A DNA stretch of 64,000 nt from the NCBI GenBank assembly GCA_964016885.1, contig OZ024763.1:15376001-15440000 (forward strand). The letters are read 5' to 3'. The notes beneath the pieces are model-generated. The model worked only from the letters and a program-made list of their open reading frames with translations. It ran no database searches and was not told where the DNA came from. Every line of letters begins with the position of its first letter. Position 1 is the first letter of the stretch. Both the position numbers and the translations under genes were made by a program. Shown here piece after piece: positions 38,382-51,464 of the stretch. The stretch is from Eledone cirrhosa. Its lineage: Eukaryota.

Positions 38382-41250
38382 TATAATGTTGACCACAACT
38401 ATATAATGTTGACCACAACTATATAATGTTGACCACAACTATATAATGTTGACCACAAATATATAATGTTGACCATAACTATATAATGTTGACCACAACT
38501 ATATAATGTTGACCATAACTATATAATGTTGACCATAACTATATAATGTTGACCACAACTATATAATGTTGACCACAACTATATAATGTTGACCATAACT
38601 ATATAATGTTGACCACAACTATATAATGTTGACCATAACTATATAATGTTGACCACAACTATATAATGTTGACCATAACTATATAATGTTGACCACAACT
38701 ATATAATGTTGACCACAACTATATAATGTTGACCACAACTATATAATGTTGACCACATAACTATATAATGTTGACCATAACTATATAATGTTGACCACAT
38801 AACTATATAATGTTGACCATAACTATATAATGTTGACCATAACTATATAATGTTGACCACAACTATATAATGTTGACCATAACTATATAATGTTGACCAT
38901 AACTATATAATGTTGACCATAACTATATAATGTTGACCATAACTATATAATGTTGACCACATAACTATATAATGTTGACCACAACTATATAATGTTGACC
39001 ATAACTATATAATGTTGACCACATAACTATATAATGTTGACCACAACTATATAATGTTGACCACAACTATATAATGTTGACCATAACTATATAATGTTGA
39101 CCACAACTATATAATGTTGACCACAACTATATAATGTTGACCACAACTATATAATGTTGACCACATAACTATATAATGTTGACCACAACTATATAATGTT
39201 GACCACAACTATATAATGTTGACCATAACTATATAATGTTGACCACAACTATATAATGTTGACCACATAACTATATAATGTTGACCATAACTATATAATG
39301 TTGACCACATAACTATATAATGTTGACCACATAACTATATAATGTTGACCACATAACTATATAATGTTGACCATAACTATATAATGTTGACCACAACTAT
39401 ATAATGTTGACCACATAACTATATAATGTTGACCATAACTATATAATGTTGACCACATAACTATATAATGTTGACCACATAACTATATAATGTTGACCAC
39501 ATAACTATATAATGTTGACCATAACTATATAATGTTGACCACAACTATATAATGTTGACCATAACTATATAATGTTGACCACAACTATATAATGTTGACC
39601 ACAACTATATAATGTTGACCACAACTATATAATGTTGACCACAACTATATAATGTTGACCATAACTATATAATCTTGACCATAACTATATAATGTTGACC
39701 ACAACTATATAATGTTGACCACAACTATATAATGTTGACGACATAACTATATAATGTTGACCACAACTATATAATGTTGACCATAACTATAATGTTGACC
39801 ACATAACTATATAATGTTGACCACAACTATATAATGTTGACCACATAACTATATAATGTTGACCATAACTATATAATGTTGACCACATAACTATATAATG
39901 TTGACCACATAACTATATAATGTTGACCACATAACTATATAATGTTGACCACATAACTATATAATGTTGACCACAACTATATAATGTTGACCACAACTAT
40001 ATAATGTTGACCATAACTATATAATGTTGACCACAACTATATAATGTTGACCATAACTATATAATGTTGACCACAACTATATAATGTTGACCACATAACT
40101 ATATAATGTTGACCATAACTATATAATGTTGACCACAAATATATAATGTTGACCACATAACTATATAATGTTGACCATAACTATATAATGTTGACCACAA
40201 CTATATAATGTTGACCACATAACTATATAATGTTGACCATAACTATATAATGTTGACCACATAACTATATAATGTTGACCACATAACTATATAATGTTGA
40301 CCACAACTATATAATGTTGACCACAACTATATAATGTTGACCATAACTATATAATGTTGACCACAACTATATAATGTTGACCATAACTATATAATGTTGA
40401 CCACAACTATATAATGTTGACCACATAACTATATAATGTTGACCATAACTATATAATGTTGACCACAAATATATAATGTTGACCACATAACTATATAATG
40501 TTGACCATAACTATATAATGTTGACCACATAACTATATAATGTTGACCACATAACTATATAATGTTGACCATAACTATAATGTTGACCACATAACTATAT
40601 AATGTTGACCACAACTATATAATGTTGACCACACAACTATATAATGTTGACCACAACTATATAATGTTGACCATAACTATATAATGTTGACCACACAACT
40701 ATATAATGTTGACCACAACTATATAATGTTGACCACAACTATATAATGTTGACCATAACTATATAATGTTGACCACATAACTATATAATGTTGACCACAA
40801 ATATATAATGTTGACTACAACTATATAATGTTGACCATAACTATATAATGTTGACCATAACTATATAATGTTGACCACATAACTATATAATGTTGACCAT
40901 AACTATATAATGTTGACCACAACTATATAATGTTGACCATAACTATATAATGTTGACCATAACTATATAATGTTGACCATAACTATATAATGTTGACCAC
41001 AACTATATAATGTTGACCATAACTATATAATGTTGACCATAACTATATAATGTTGACCACAACTATATAATGTTGACCATAACTATATAATGTTGACCAC
41101 AACTATATAATGTTGACCATAACTATATAATGTTGACCACAACTATATAATGTTGACCATAACTATATAATGTTGACCATAACTATATAATGTTGACCAT
41201 AACTATATAATGTTGACCACAACTATATAATGTTGACCACATAACTATAT
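38382..41250 (-). repeat. 20/22-bp satellite, right (inverted) arm
   Basis: Reverse complement of the left-arm unit. Confidence 0.95.
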
Positions 41251-42224
41251 AATTGTTTCCACTTTGGGCACAAGGCCAACAATTATCCCAGTTCATTACT
41301 GGTACTTTATTTTATCGACCCCGTAAAGATGAAAGGCTAAGTTAACCTCAGCGGGATTTGAACTCAGATGTTGACCACACACACACACTCACACACACAC
41401 ACATATATATATATGTGTGTGTGTGTGTATATGTCTCCTCTATTCCAGTAATTAGTATGACTTTGGTTATTGTCATACATGAGAGTGTTTTGGGTGTTGT
41501 TTTGATGGAAAAAAAAACATGAGTTGTGATGTCATTGGAAAGACGTCCTTGACGTTCCCTTGGCCAACATATTGTGTATATAAATAGTGTAACAATGAGT
41601 TGTGACATCATGCCTGTCTGTCATTGCCTTTCACTTTGACGACATCAGTGGTATGGAGAGGGGAGACTTGTATGCATGGGTGACTGCTAGTCATCCACCA
41701 ACAACCTTGCCCAGAATTGTGCCTCAGAAGGGAACTTTCTAGATGCAAATCTCAATGTCATTTGTGACCGAAGGGGGTCTTTTACCCTATTTTGTAAATT
41801 GTGTAATATGGAATTATTTTGTATTATGAAATCCAAAAATATTTTATTAAATAACAGAATAGAGCGATTGTTATACTGTAACAATCGCTTGAAATCTACA
41901 TTTTCATATTACAAACGCTACCAGGATTGAACGCCTGTCTCCATCTCCGTTTGATTGTCAAAATACATATTAACATTCTCTATTAGTCTTAATTCTATCA
42001 ACTCTTCTATTCTTTACCATTTAATATAAACTGCTATAGATAAAATGAGATTTCTTAATTTAATTCCCTAATGCATATACCAGCAGGCTACCAGCATTGT
42101 TGTTATACAGTAGCAGTGAAAATCTATCTCTTCCTTACTTGACACTTTATATCTGTATTAATACTACTACACCAAACGACCAGCCCTGTCCATTGTTCAA
42201 TTGGTCAAACATAGATAGTCCTAT

Positions 42225-42752
42225 GGAAGGCACATGGCTTAGTGGTTAGAGCTTTGGCCTTGCAATCGAAAGGTTGTGAGTTCAATTCTCAGACTGAGTG
42301 ATGTGTTGTTTCCTTGAGCAAGACACTTTATTTCACATTACTCCAGTTTACTCAGCTGTAGAAATGAGATGATAGGACTGGGGTCCATATCGTTCCACTG
42401 CAAAGTGGTCGTGGAGGTGCCATGGCAAAAAAAGCACCCAGCCCACACTGTAAAGTGGTTGTGGAGGTGCCACGGCAAAAAAGCACCCAGCCCACACTGT
42501 AAAGTGGTCGTGGAGGTGCCACGGCAAAAAAGCACCCAGCCCACACTGTAAAGTGGTTGTGGAGGTGCCACGGCAAAAAAGCACCCAGCCCACACTGTAA
42601 AGTGGACGTGTAGACGCCACGGAAAAAAAGCACCCAGCACTCACTGTAAAATGTGGTTGGTGTTAGGAAGGGCATGCAGCTGTAGAAATCAAGCCAGAAT
42701 CAGTTCCCGTCCCACCTTTGCAAGCAAAAAGTGGACGTAATATGATGATGAT
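42225..42752 (+). mobile_element. Main SINE with 5 copies of the internal 49-bp unit
   Basis: Head ggaaggcacatggcttagtgg; tail atgatgatg. Confidence 0.9.
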
Positions 42753-42961
42753 ACAACTAAATCTCTGTGATTGTGGTTTGTCTGTAACGTAATACAACCA
42801 AAACGGTGCATAATCAGAAAATACTTTGAAAAGAAGTTGGAATAAAACAAGTTTCGTGTAAATCGGAGCTTGGGTTCCTGAGATATGGGGTTTTACCAGG
42901 TACCTTCATAAATAGAGAGAGAGAAAGAGGTAGTGGTAGTGTGAGAGTAGATTGAAAGAGA

Positions 42962-43012
<51 letters not shown>

Positions 43013-43353
43013 TGTGTGAGAGAGAGAGCTGTAAAAATTATTTTTAAGTGAACATGATTTTTAAAAAAATATTTTTTAAGTGGACGTGACCCAACGGGTT
43101 GCAGGTGGTCTAGTATAAAATAAATATATATATATAAACATGCACTATATATATATATATATTCATGTACTATATATACATATATATCATCATCATCATC
43201 ATCACCGTTTTCGTCCGTTATTCCACGCTAGCATGGGTTAGACGGGATATATATGTATATATATATAGTGTATTTATATATATATACTAATATATATATT
43301 TATATATATATACTAATATATATATTTATATATATATATACTAATATATATAT

Positions 43354-43732
43354 CATCATCATCATCATCACTGTTTTACGTTCGTTCTTCCATGCTAGCA
43401 TGGGTTAGATGGGTTGTCCTGTTGAGGGCAGTGTCCGGTTGGCTGGCCATGTCTTGCTCATACGGGAACTGATTCTGGCTTGATTTCTACAGCTGGATGC
43501 CCTTCCTGACACCAACCTCATTTACAGTGAGTGCTGGGTGCTTTTTTGCTGTGGCACCTCCACGACCACTTTGCAGTGGAATGATAGGGACCCCAGTCCC
43601 TATCATCTCATTTCTACAGCTGAGTTAACTGGAGCAATGTGAAATAAAGTGTCTTGCTCAAGGAAACAACACATCACCTGGTCTGAGAATTGAACTCACA
43701 ACCTTTCGATTGCAAGCCCAATGCTCTAACCA
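43354..43732 (-). mobile_element. Main-family SINE (longer 3' variant)
   Basis: Sequence match to the other copies. Confidence 0.85.
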
Positions 43733-44105
43733 CATGGAACAAACTACCTGCGTCAATTGTTAGCTGCCGAGACACTGCATCCTTTAAGACACTCATGCTT
43801 CCCGAAATACGCCAAAACTACACCTGATGTGCCCCTTCCATACACATGCACACATGTGTGCACTGTTCATTTTACTGATGTTTGTGCATTGCCCTATGTA
43901 CTGTACATGCACTTTTTTGATGGGTTGTGGTGCACCTGGGCACTGTGCACAATATTTCATTATTGTTATTGTTATTATATCATGACTCATACACTGTTTA
44001 TTTTCCTGACATTTGTACATTATTCTATGTACTATACATGCACCTTTGATGAGTTGTAGTGCACCTGAGCACTGTACACAATAATTTCATTATTATCATT
44101 ATTAT
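43733..44105 (+). mobile_element. CR1/L2 LINE 3' end with an (ATT)n tail
   Basis: Translation WNKLPASIVSCRDTASFKTL; 3' part repeated at 51150-51250. Confidence 0.6.
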
Positions 44106-44152
44106 ATATATATAATTATAGGAGTGGTTACACAACAGTTAGTTCACCATAC

Positions 44153-44190
44153 CGAGAACAATCGTTTCACCTTAGCGGGTCCTCAGCTCG
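44153..44190 (-). ncRNA. Minimal type I hammerhead motif
   Basis: cgag-CTGAGGA-cccgctaaggt-GAAAC-gatt-GTT|ctcg; stem I cgag/ctcg. Confidence 0.65.
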
Positions 44191-44218
44191 TAATGGACAT
44201 GGTTATAGATAGATACAG

Positions 44219-44284
<66 letters not shown>

Positions 44285-44363
44285 TAATAAGGTTTAATTT
44301 GTGCAGTTGAAGATGGATGTGTGTATTGTTGTATGTGTATGTGTGTGTACGTGTGCGCACATA

Positions 44364-44398
<35 letters not shown>

Positions 44399-44637
44399 GT
44401 TAGAATATGTGTAATAAGGCCAAGACAATGCAGATATGGACATAGAAAAAGAATGCAATAGTGAGAGATATTGATGAGGATTCGTCTTTCACCTTGAATT
44501 TATTTAAATGTCCTTAATTTTCGAGATAATATCTCTTCTTCGGAGGGAAGTAAAAGTCTCAGACCAGCGTCTAAATTTCCAATGAAACCATGCATGGCTT
44601 CATTGGAAATTTAGACGCTGGTCTGAGACTTTTACTT

Positions 44638-44673
44638 CCCTCCGAAGAAGAGATATTATCTCGAAAATTAAGG
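44638..44673 (+). ncRNA. Minimal hammerhead motif with U4C change (mirror copy 44512-44547, minus strand)
   Basis: cct-CCGAAGA-a gagat att atctc-GAAA-at-TA|agg. Confidence 0.55.
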
Positions 44674-45215
44674 ACATTTAAATAAATTCAAGGTGAAAGA
44701 CGAATCCTCATCAATATCTCTCACTATTGCATTCTTTTTCTATGTCCATATCTGCATTGTCTTGGCCTTATTACACATATTCTAACGTTTATACCTCATT
44801 ACACAATGCTTCAAGTGAACTATAACCTCCTCCCATATATATATATATATATATATATAAGAGAAAACACTGAAGATTCATTTCCATATTCTTATTGATT
44901 ATTGATCTGCCACTTAAGTTTTACAAATGATTGGCTCAAGGTCAACCCGGAAACTATGGACGTGACTCCAGTATTGATCTGCACGACAGACTTTCTGATT
45001 CAACAACAAAAACCAGAGAATGTTTGCAGTGAACAGTAAAATGTTGGGTATATATATCAGCAGTGTCTCTGTATTGAGCACTCATATTTATACCATTATC
45101 AGTAATTCACTGAATCATGTATGCTATATACACATACATATATATATATATACTAGCTGAGGTACCCGGTAATACCCGGAAGCGGGGTTATTCCCAGTCC
45201 TCCTTTTTCCAAATA

Positions 45216-45313
<98 letters not shown>

Positions 45314-45440
45314 AAGTTATATTTAAATTGTTGGGTTAACAACGAGTAAATATTTATAACTGATATAAAAGCACTCAACAAGTATTTGGAGTATATTTAC
45401 GATATTAAATAAATGGAAACTATATTTATAAAACCATATT

Positions 45441-45506
45441 TATTTCATTATATATATTTCAGGGATATCATATTAAAAATATGTTATGCCTTCTTCAGAC
45501 AAAATA
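45441..45506 (-). ncRNA. Type I hammerhead motif (family A)
   Basis: CTGAAGA core; mirror of 45634-45699. Confidence 0.75.
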
Positions 45507-45633
45507 CAATATAAACAGTCTTATAAATAGATAGATTCGACATACCTTTCAACTTCGACTTATCAACTTTTCAAATAGAAGTCGAAGTTGAAAGGTATGT
45601 CGAATCTATCTATTTATAAGACTGTTTATATTG

Positions 45634-45699
45634 TATTTTGTCTGAAGAAGGCATAACATATTTTTAATATGATATCCCTGAAATATATATAATGAAATA
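45634..45699 (+). ncRNA. Type I hammerhead motif (family A)
   Basis: tattttgt-CTGAAGA...cctGAAA-tatata-TA|atgaaata. Confidence 0.75.
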
Positions 45700-45739
45700 A
45701 ATATGGTTTTATAAATATAGTTTCCATTTATTTAATATC

Positions 45740-45814
<75 letters not shown>

Positions 45815-45987
45815 ATGAGGTAATTATAATTAAATTATATTAAATTATATTGTATTGATTTTTATACATTATATATATATATATATATATTGGAAAATGT
45901 GTGAAATCCTTGGCACAGTTAGGTATATTTGAAAAAAGGAGGACTGGGAATACTCCCGCTCCTGGGTATTACCGGGTACCTCAGCTA

Positions 45988-46133
<146 letters not shown>

Positions 46134-46162
46134 CGTTTCTGAACATGACCCTCCCAAAGTAT

Positions 46163-46198
<36 letters not shown>

Positions 46199-46234
46199 TT
46201 CCTGGATATGTCAATATTTATAAGACAAACTTTG

Positions 46235-46295
46235 TATTTTATCTGATGAGAACGTACCAAAGTTTTGGTACCCTTGAAATATATATAATAGAATA
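46235..46295 (+). ncRNA. Type I hammerhead motif (family A)
   Basis: tattttat-CTGATGA, stem II with gtaccaa/ttggtac, GAAA-tatata-TA|atagaata. Confidence 0.75.
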
Positions 46296-46429
46296 AACAT
46301 GGTTTTATAAATATAGTTTCCATTTATTAATATCATTGATATTATACTCCAGAAAACTTGATGAGTGCTTCGAATCAGTTATAAATATATATATTTGTTG
46401 AATTACCAACAAATTAAATATCCCTTTTG

Positions 46430-46476
<47 letters not shown>

Positions 46477-46850
46477 ATGTAAAAGGTAAACAGATATAAC
46501 AACACAATCGGTACAGTATATGAAAGGGGTATATTAGGTTAACGCTTGATATAGCTAGTCCTTCATCAGAAGAAAGAATGAGAAATAAGATAGATTGAGG
46601 GGGCGGGCGGGTTGGAATTGGAAAAAATATCTTTAGATAAAAATAACAGGTCATTTCATGTTGACATCTCTTGCAAAACTATTGGTGCTGGCATTTTGTG
46701 TGTATATATATCTACATATATATATATATAAAAAAAAAATCGAAAATGCAACTGGAGTCTTTTTAAGAATATTTATTTCCTTTAACGGTTTCACAGTTCT
46801 TGTGCTTTTCAAAAGTAGAATTGAGATGAAGGGTTTGTGGTTTTTCTCGC

Positions 46851-46884
<34 letters not shown>

Positions 46885-46885
<1 letters not shown>

Positions 46886-47250
46886 ATCATTTCATTTCAT
46901 CATTTCATTTTACGTCCGCTTTTCCCTGCTTGCAAGGGTGGGACGGGAACAGATTCTGGCTTGTTTTCTACAGCTGGATGCCCTTCTTAACACCAACCTC
47001 ATTTACAGTGAGGGCTGGGTGCTTTTTTGCCGTGGCACCTCCAAGACCACTTTGCAGTGGAATGATATGGACCCCAGTCCTATCATCTCATTTCTACAGC
47101 TGAGGAAACTGGAGCAATGTGAAGTCCAGAAATACCCATCGAAACAACTCATTTCTACTTCTGAGTAAACTGGAGGAACATGGAATAAAGTGTCTTGCTC
47201 AAGAAAGCAACACAAAGCCCAGTCCGAGAATCAAACTCACAACCACAAGG
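46885..47250 (-). mobile_element. Main-family SINE (chimeric 5' part)
   Basis: Sequence match. Confidence 0.8.
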
Positions 47251-47631
47251 TGGTGTTGCTTGAATTAATCTTTTACTTTGTTGAAAGGCTACACTTGCCA
47301 ACTCTGCCATATATCTATAATTTGTATACAATATTATATAACATTATAGGCAGTGTCGGTAGAGGGTCGGACGTCATGCTTTGACGCATAGTGTTACTGC
47401 CCTTGCCATTCTGAGTTCAAATACTGCTGAGGTTAACTTTGCCTTTCATCCTTACGGGTTCGATAAAATAAAGTACCAGTAATACACTGGGTAATTGCTG
47501 GCCTTGTGCCTAAAGTAGAAACAATTATAATATATATGTCGAACTTTCTTTACTCTTTCAATATAAAGCATGAAACTAATAAGACTTTTTGTACCTCTGT
47601 TGTCTCCCTGAACTAAATATATATATATAAA

Positions 47632-47697
<66 letters not shown>

Positions 47698-47981
47698 AAG
47701 AGAGAGAGAGAGATTTTTATATATATATATTTATGAGGGTAATCGCAAAAGTAAGGTCTCCAAAGCGATGGGGACGCAGAGAAACTGTTCGTACGGCTGT
47801 TGGCAACACTGTTGTGATTGGTGCATCCTTCACTTCCAAACAAGCATGCGCGCGCTTCACTGGGATGCTCAATCTTGGCTTGGCAGCCGTTGAGAAGGCA
47901 TGATGGCAGAAATTTTGCTCAAACATTCGTTTTTGATTTTTATTTTAATTTTAAACCCTTTTTAATTAACTTTTTTTCACT

Positions 47982-48024
47982 GAATTTGACAAGATGGATT
48001 TTAATACATCGAAACCGGTAATTT
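47982..48024 (+). ncRNA. Minimal hammerhead with variant U3-A8 core
   Basis: gaat-TTGACAA-gatg..catc-GAAA-ccgg-TA|attt. Confidence 0.55.
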
Positions 48025-48235
48025 TTTCATACACTTTATATACTTCATAAAAATATTTTCAAAAAAGAATTGTCCATCTTTTTTCAATAACACTATCTTT
48101 TTAATAACACTATCTTTTTAATAACACTATCTTTTTAATAATGTCTGACGAATCAAAAAAGAAAAGCAGATCCATAAACACATCTCCCGTGTTTCCAACT
48201 TCATCTTTTCTATATATATATATATATATATATAT

Positions 48236-48621
48236 CATTTCATCATTCATCATTTCATTTTACGTCTGCTTTTCCCTGCTTGCAAGGGTGGGACGGGAAC
48301 TGATTCTGGCTTGATTTCTACAGCTGGATGCCCTTCCTAACACCAACCTCATTTACTGTGAGTGCTGGGTGCTTTTGTTTTCCGTGACACCTCCACGACC
48401 ACTTTACAGTGTGGGCTGGGTACTTTTTTGCCGTGGCGCCTACACGTCCACTTTACAGTGGAATGATAGGGACCCCAGTCCCCAGTCTCATTTCTACAGC
48501 TGAGTGAACTGGAGCAATGTGAAATAAAGTGTCTTGCTCAAGGAAACAACACATCACCCGGTCTGAGAATTGAACTCACAACCTTTCGATTGCAAGGCCA
48601 ATGCTCTAACCACTAAGCCAT
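48236..48621 (-). mobile_element. Main-family SINE with 2 internal units
   Basis: Sequence match. Confidence 0.9.
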
Positions 48622-48637
48622 GTGTGTGTGTGTATAA

Positions 48638-49185
48638 TCTATATATATAAAACTGTGGTTGTCTGTCTGTCTATCGATTTTCGGCACACATCTCCTCTTA
48701 GAATCTCTCACGGAATTGCACCGAAATTGCTATACTTGTACATTGAGCCCTAGCGAAGACATCGGAAAAAAAAAAATTTCAAATTCACCCACCCTATGTG
48801 ACGAAATCGAATATAATGTATCGATTTTTGAGCGTAAGTGATCAGTTATTTCCCTTTGTTCTGTTTACATTGAGCGTCTGCGTGCAAAAATTAAAAAAAT
48901 TACGCTGGCTTTCTCAGCGTTTAAAATGACATTAACACAATACATTTCCATTTAAAAGCCTTTTAAAACAATATTTTTACTTGAAAACAAGTCTATTTAA
49001 AGACTACGTAAAACAAGCAAATATTTCGTTAAAAAAAGCAAAAATTATATAAGTTTATTTAAAATATATGTATCTGTAAATTTCGTTAGGCGTGCAGACA
49101 GACTTTAAGCCAAAAAAGAAACTTAACATTGTAACTTTAACACAGCTACTGAGCGACCCCGAGCAACGCCGGGCTTTACTGCTAG
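48638..49185 (+). mobile_element. Non-autonomous Helitron
   Basis: a|TCtatatatataaaa 5' end, (gtct)n, 3' hairpin cccgagcaacgccggg followed by CTAG|t. Confidence 0.75.
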
Positions 49186-49367
49186 TGTTATATAATATTG
49201 TATACCATGTTATATAATATTGTATGAATGGTAGTGTTGGCAAGTGTAAACCTTCAACAAAGGAAATGATTAATTCAAGCAACACCACCTACACTCTAAC
49301 ACACACCTTGTCTAAACTGGTGTGTCACCTATATTATATAACAGCTAATCTGACAGAATAATATATA

Positions 49368-49445
49368 CAGGGTGTTCCAAAAAATGTGTACACACTTTTA
49401 TTAGAATGGTGTTGCAGTGTGTATGCATTGACTTGGGACACCCTG
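49368..49445. mobile_element. Tiny Tc1/mariner-type MITE (78 bp)
   Basis: TA|cagggtgttccaa...ttgggacaccctg|TA. Confidence 0.75.
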
Positions 49446-49605
49446 TATATATGTGTATATATATATATATATATTACACACACATATATATATATAACAC
49501 ACACACACATATATATATTACATACACACACACACAGAAAGACATTTGTTATATATATGTATATATACATACACACACACACACACAAAGACATTTGTTA
49601 TATAT

Positions 49606-49921
49606 CATCATCATCATCATCATCATCATTTTACGTCTGCTTTTTCTCTACTTGCAAGGGTGGGATGGGAACTGATTCTGGCTTGATTTCTACAGCTGGA
49701 TGCTCTTCCTAACACCAGCCTCATTTACAGTGAGTGCTGGGTGGTTTTTTGCTGTGGCACCTCCACAACCACTTTGCAGTGGAATGATAGGGACCCCAGT
49801 CCCTATCATCTCATTTCTACAGCTGAGTAAACTGAAGTAATGTGAAATAAAGTGTCTTGCTCAAGGAAACAACACTTTCGATTGCAAGGCCAATGCTCTA
49901 ACCACTAAGCCATGTGCCTCC
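49606..49921 (-). mobile_element. Main-family SINE with an internal deletion
   Basis: Sequence match. Confidence 0.85.
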
Positions 49922-49922
49922 A

Positions 49923-49977
<55 letters not shown>

Positions 49978-50999
49978 TATATGTATATATATATATATAT
50001 TATATATATATATACATATATATATATAACACAGACACATAGATATATATATAACATACACACACACATACATATATAACAACAAATATACCGCTTGCCA
50101 TAAGTTAAACTATGTTTATATATATATATATATATATTTAGGAACCAGTAAGACCCCGACGGCTGAGCTCAAGCCGTTTCGACGGCTAATTCAGTCCAGA
50201 ATTAGCCGTCGAAACGGCTTGAGCTCAACCGTCGGGGTCTTACTTGTTCCTATTACCCACTCTACTACCCTAAGTATTGAGTACTTTGGTGCGTTATGGT
50301 CCACCTGGTTCCTTACCACATTTCCTTCGTTATATATATATTTATATATACTGTGTGGTCACTTTTGACCGTTGGTCAGTCAATGGCAACATTGAGGACC
50401 GAATAAATTAAATTAACCGGTATAAAAGACACAGAAGCGAAAACCAACCAAACAGTGAGTGTGTTCTGTTATTAATTCTGGCAATATTATTACAACAATA
50501 TGACCCTCCCCAAGTATAACCATATATTTATATATATACATATTATCGCTCTACATGGTTGAATACAATAAATGTAATCTGAGTACCCAGAAATATTAGT
50601 GTCTGCTGTTCTGTTTACAACACAAGAGCTAGAATGAGGGGCTCATTCTACTGCCATGGCTTTAAAATTGAGGCTTGTTTGCATAATTGCAAACAAATCA
50701 AATATTATTATTAATATTCGAAAATCTCAGATTACATTTATTGTATTCAGCCATGTAGAGCAATAATTTTTTTTAAAATTTGAATATGGCAAAGCTGGCC
50801 ATTAATCGCTTGTATAGATGAAACTGACTGGCCAGTCTGCTGATATGCAAATCTGGCTGATCAGTGGATCTGCTGATATGCAAATCTGGCTGATCAGTGG
50901 ATCTGCTAATATGCAAATCAGGCCGATCAGTCACTGTGTATTTTAGAAAATATCATATATTTTCACTAGCTCTGACAGTTTGGCAGGTGAACAGTGAGC

Positions 51000-51048
51000 T
51001 GTACTGATGAAGGGTGATACCCAGAAACATTAGTGTCTTCTGTTCTGT
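51000..51048 (+). ncRNA. Hammerhead-like motif
   Basis: CTGATGA-a ggg tgata ccc a-GAAAC-attagt-GTC; stem I imperfect; 3' half repeated at 50585. Confidence 0.5.
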
Positions 51049-51245
51049 TTACATGCCAACACAAGAGCAAGAATGAGGGGTTCATTCTACTGACATGGCA
51101 CACATGTATATCATGACTCTTACATTATTCACTTCCCTGGCATTTGTATATTGTTCTATCTACTATACATGCACCTTTGATGAGTTGTAGTGCACCTGAG
51201 CACTGTACACAATAATTTCACTATTATTATCATTATCATTATTAT

Positions 51246-51308
<63 letters not shown>

Positions 51309-51464
51309 AGATAGAACCAGTTTTAAACTAGTTAGAGCATTACTTAACAGAGTACTCAATACTTGGGATAGTAGAATATGGTTATATTATAAAGAGTCAG
51401 GGCCCAATGGCTGAACTCTTACCATTTCAACAGCTAGTTCCAGACTGAGTCTGGAACTAGCTGT

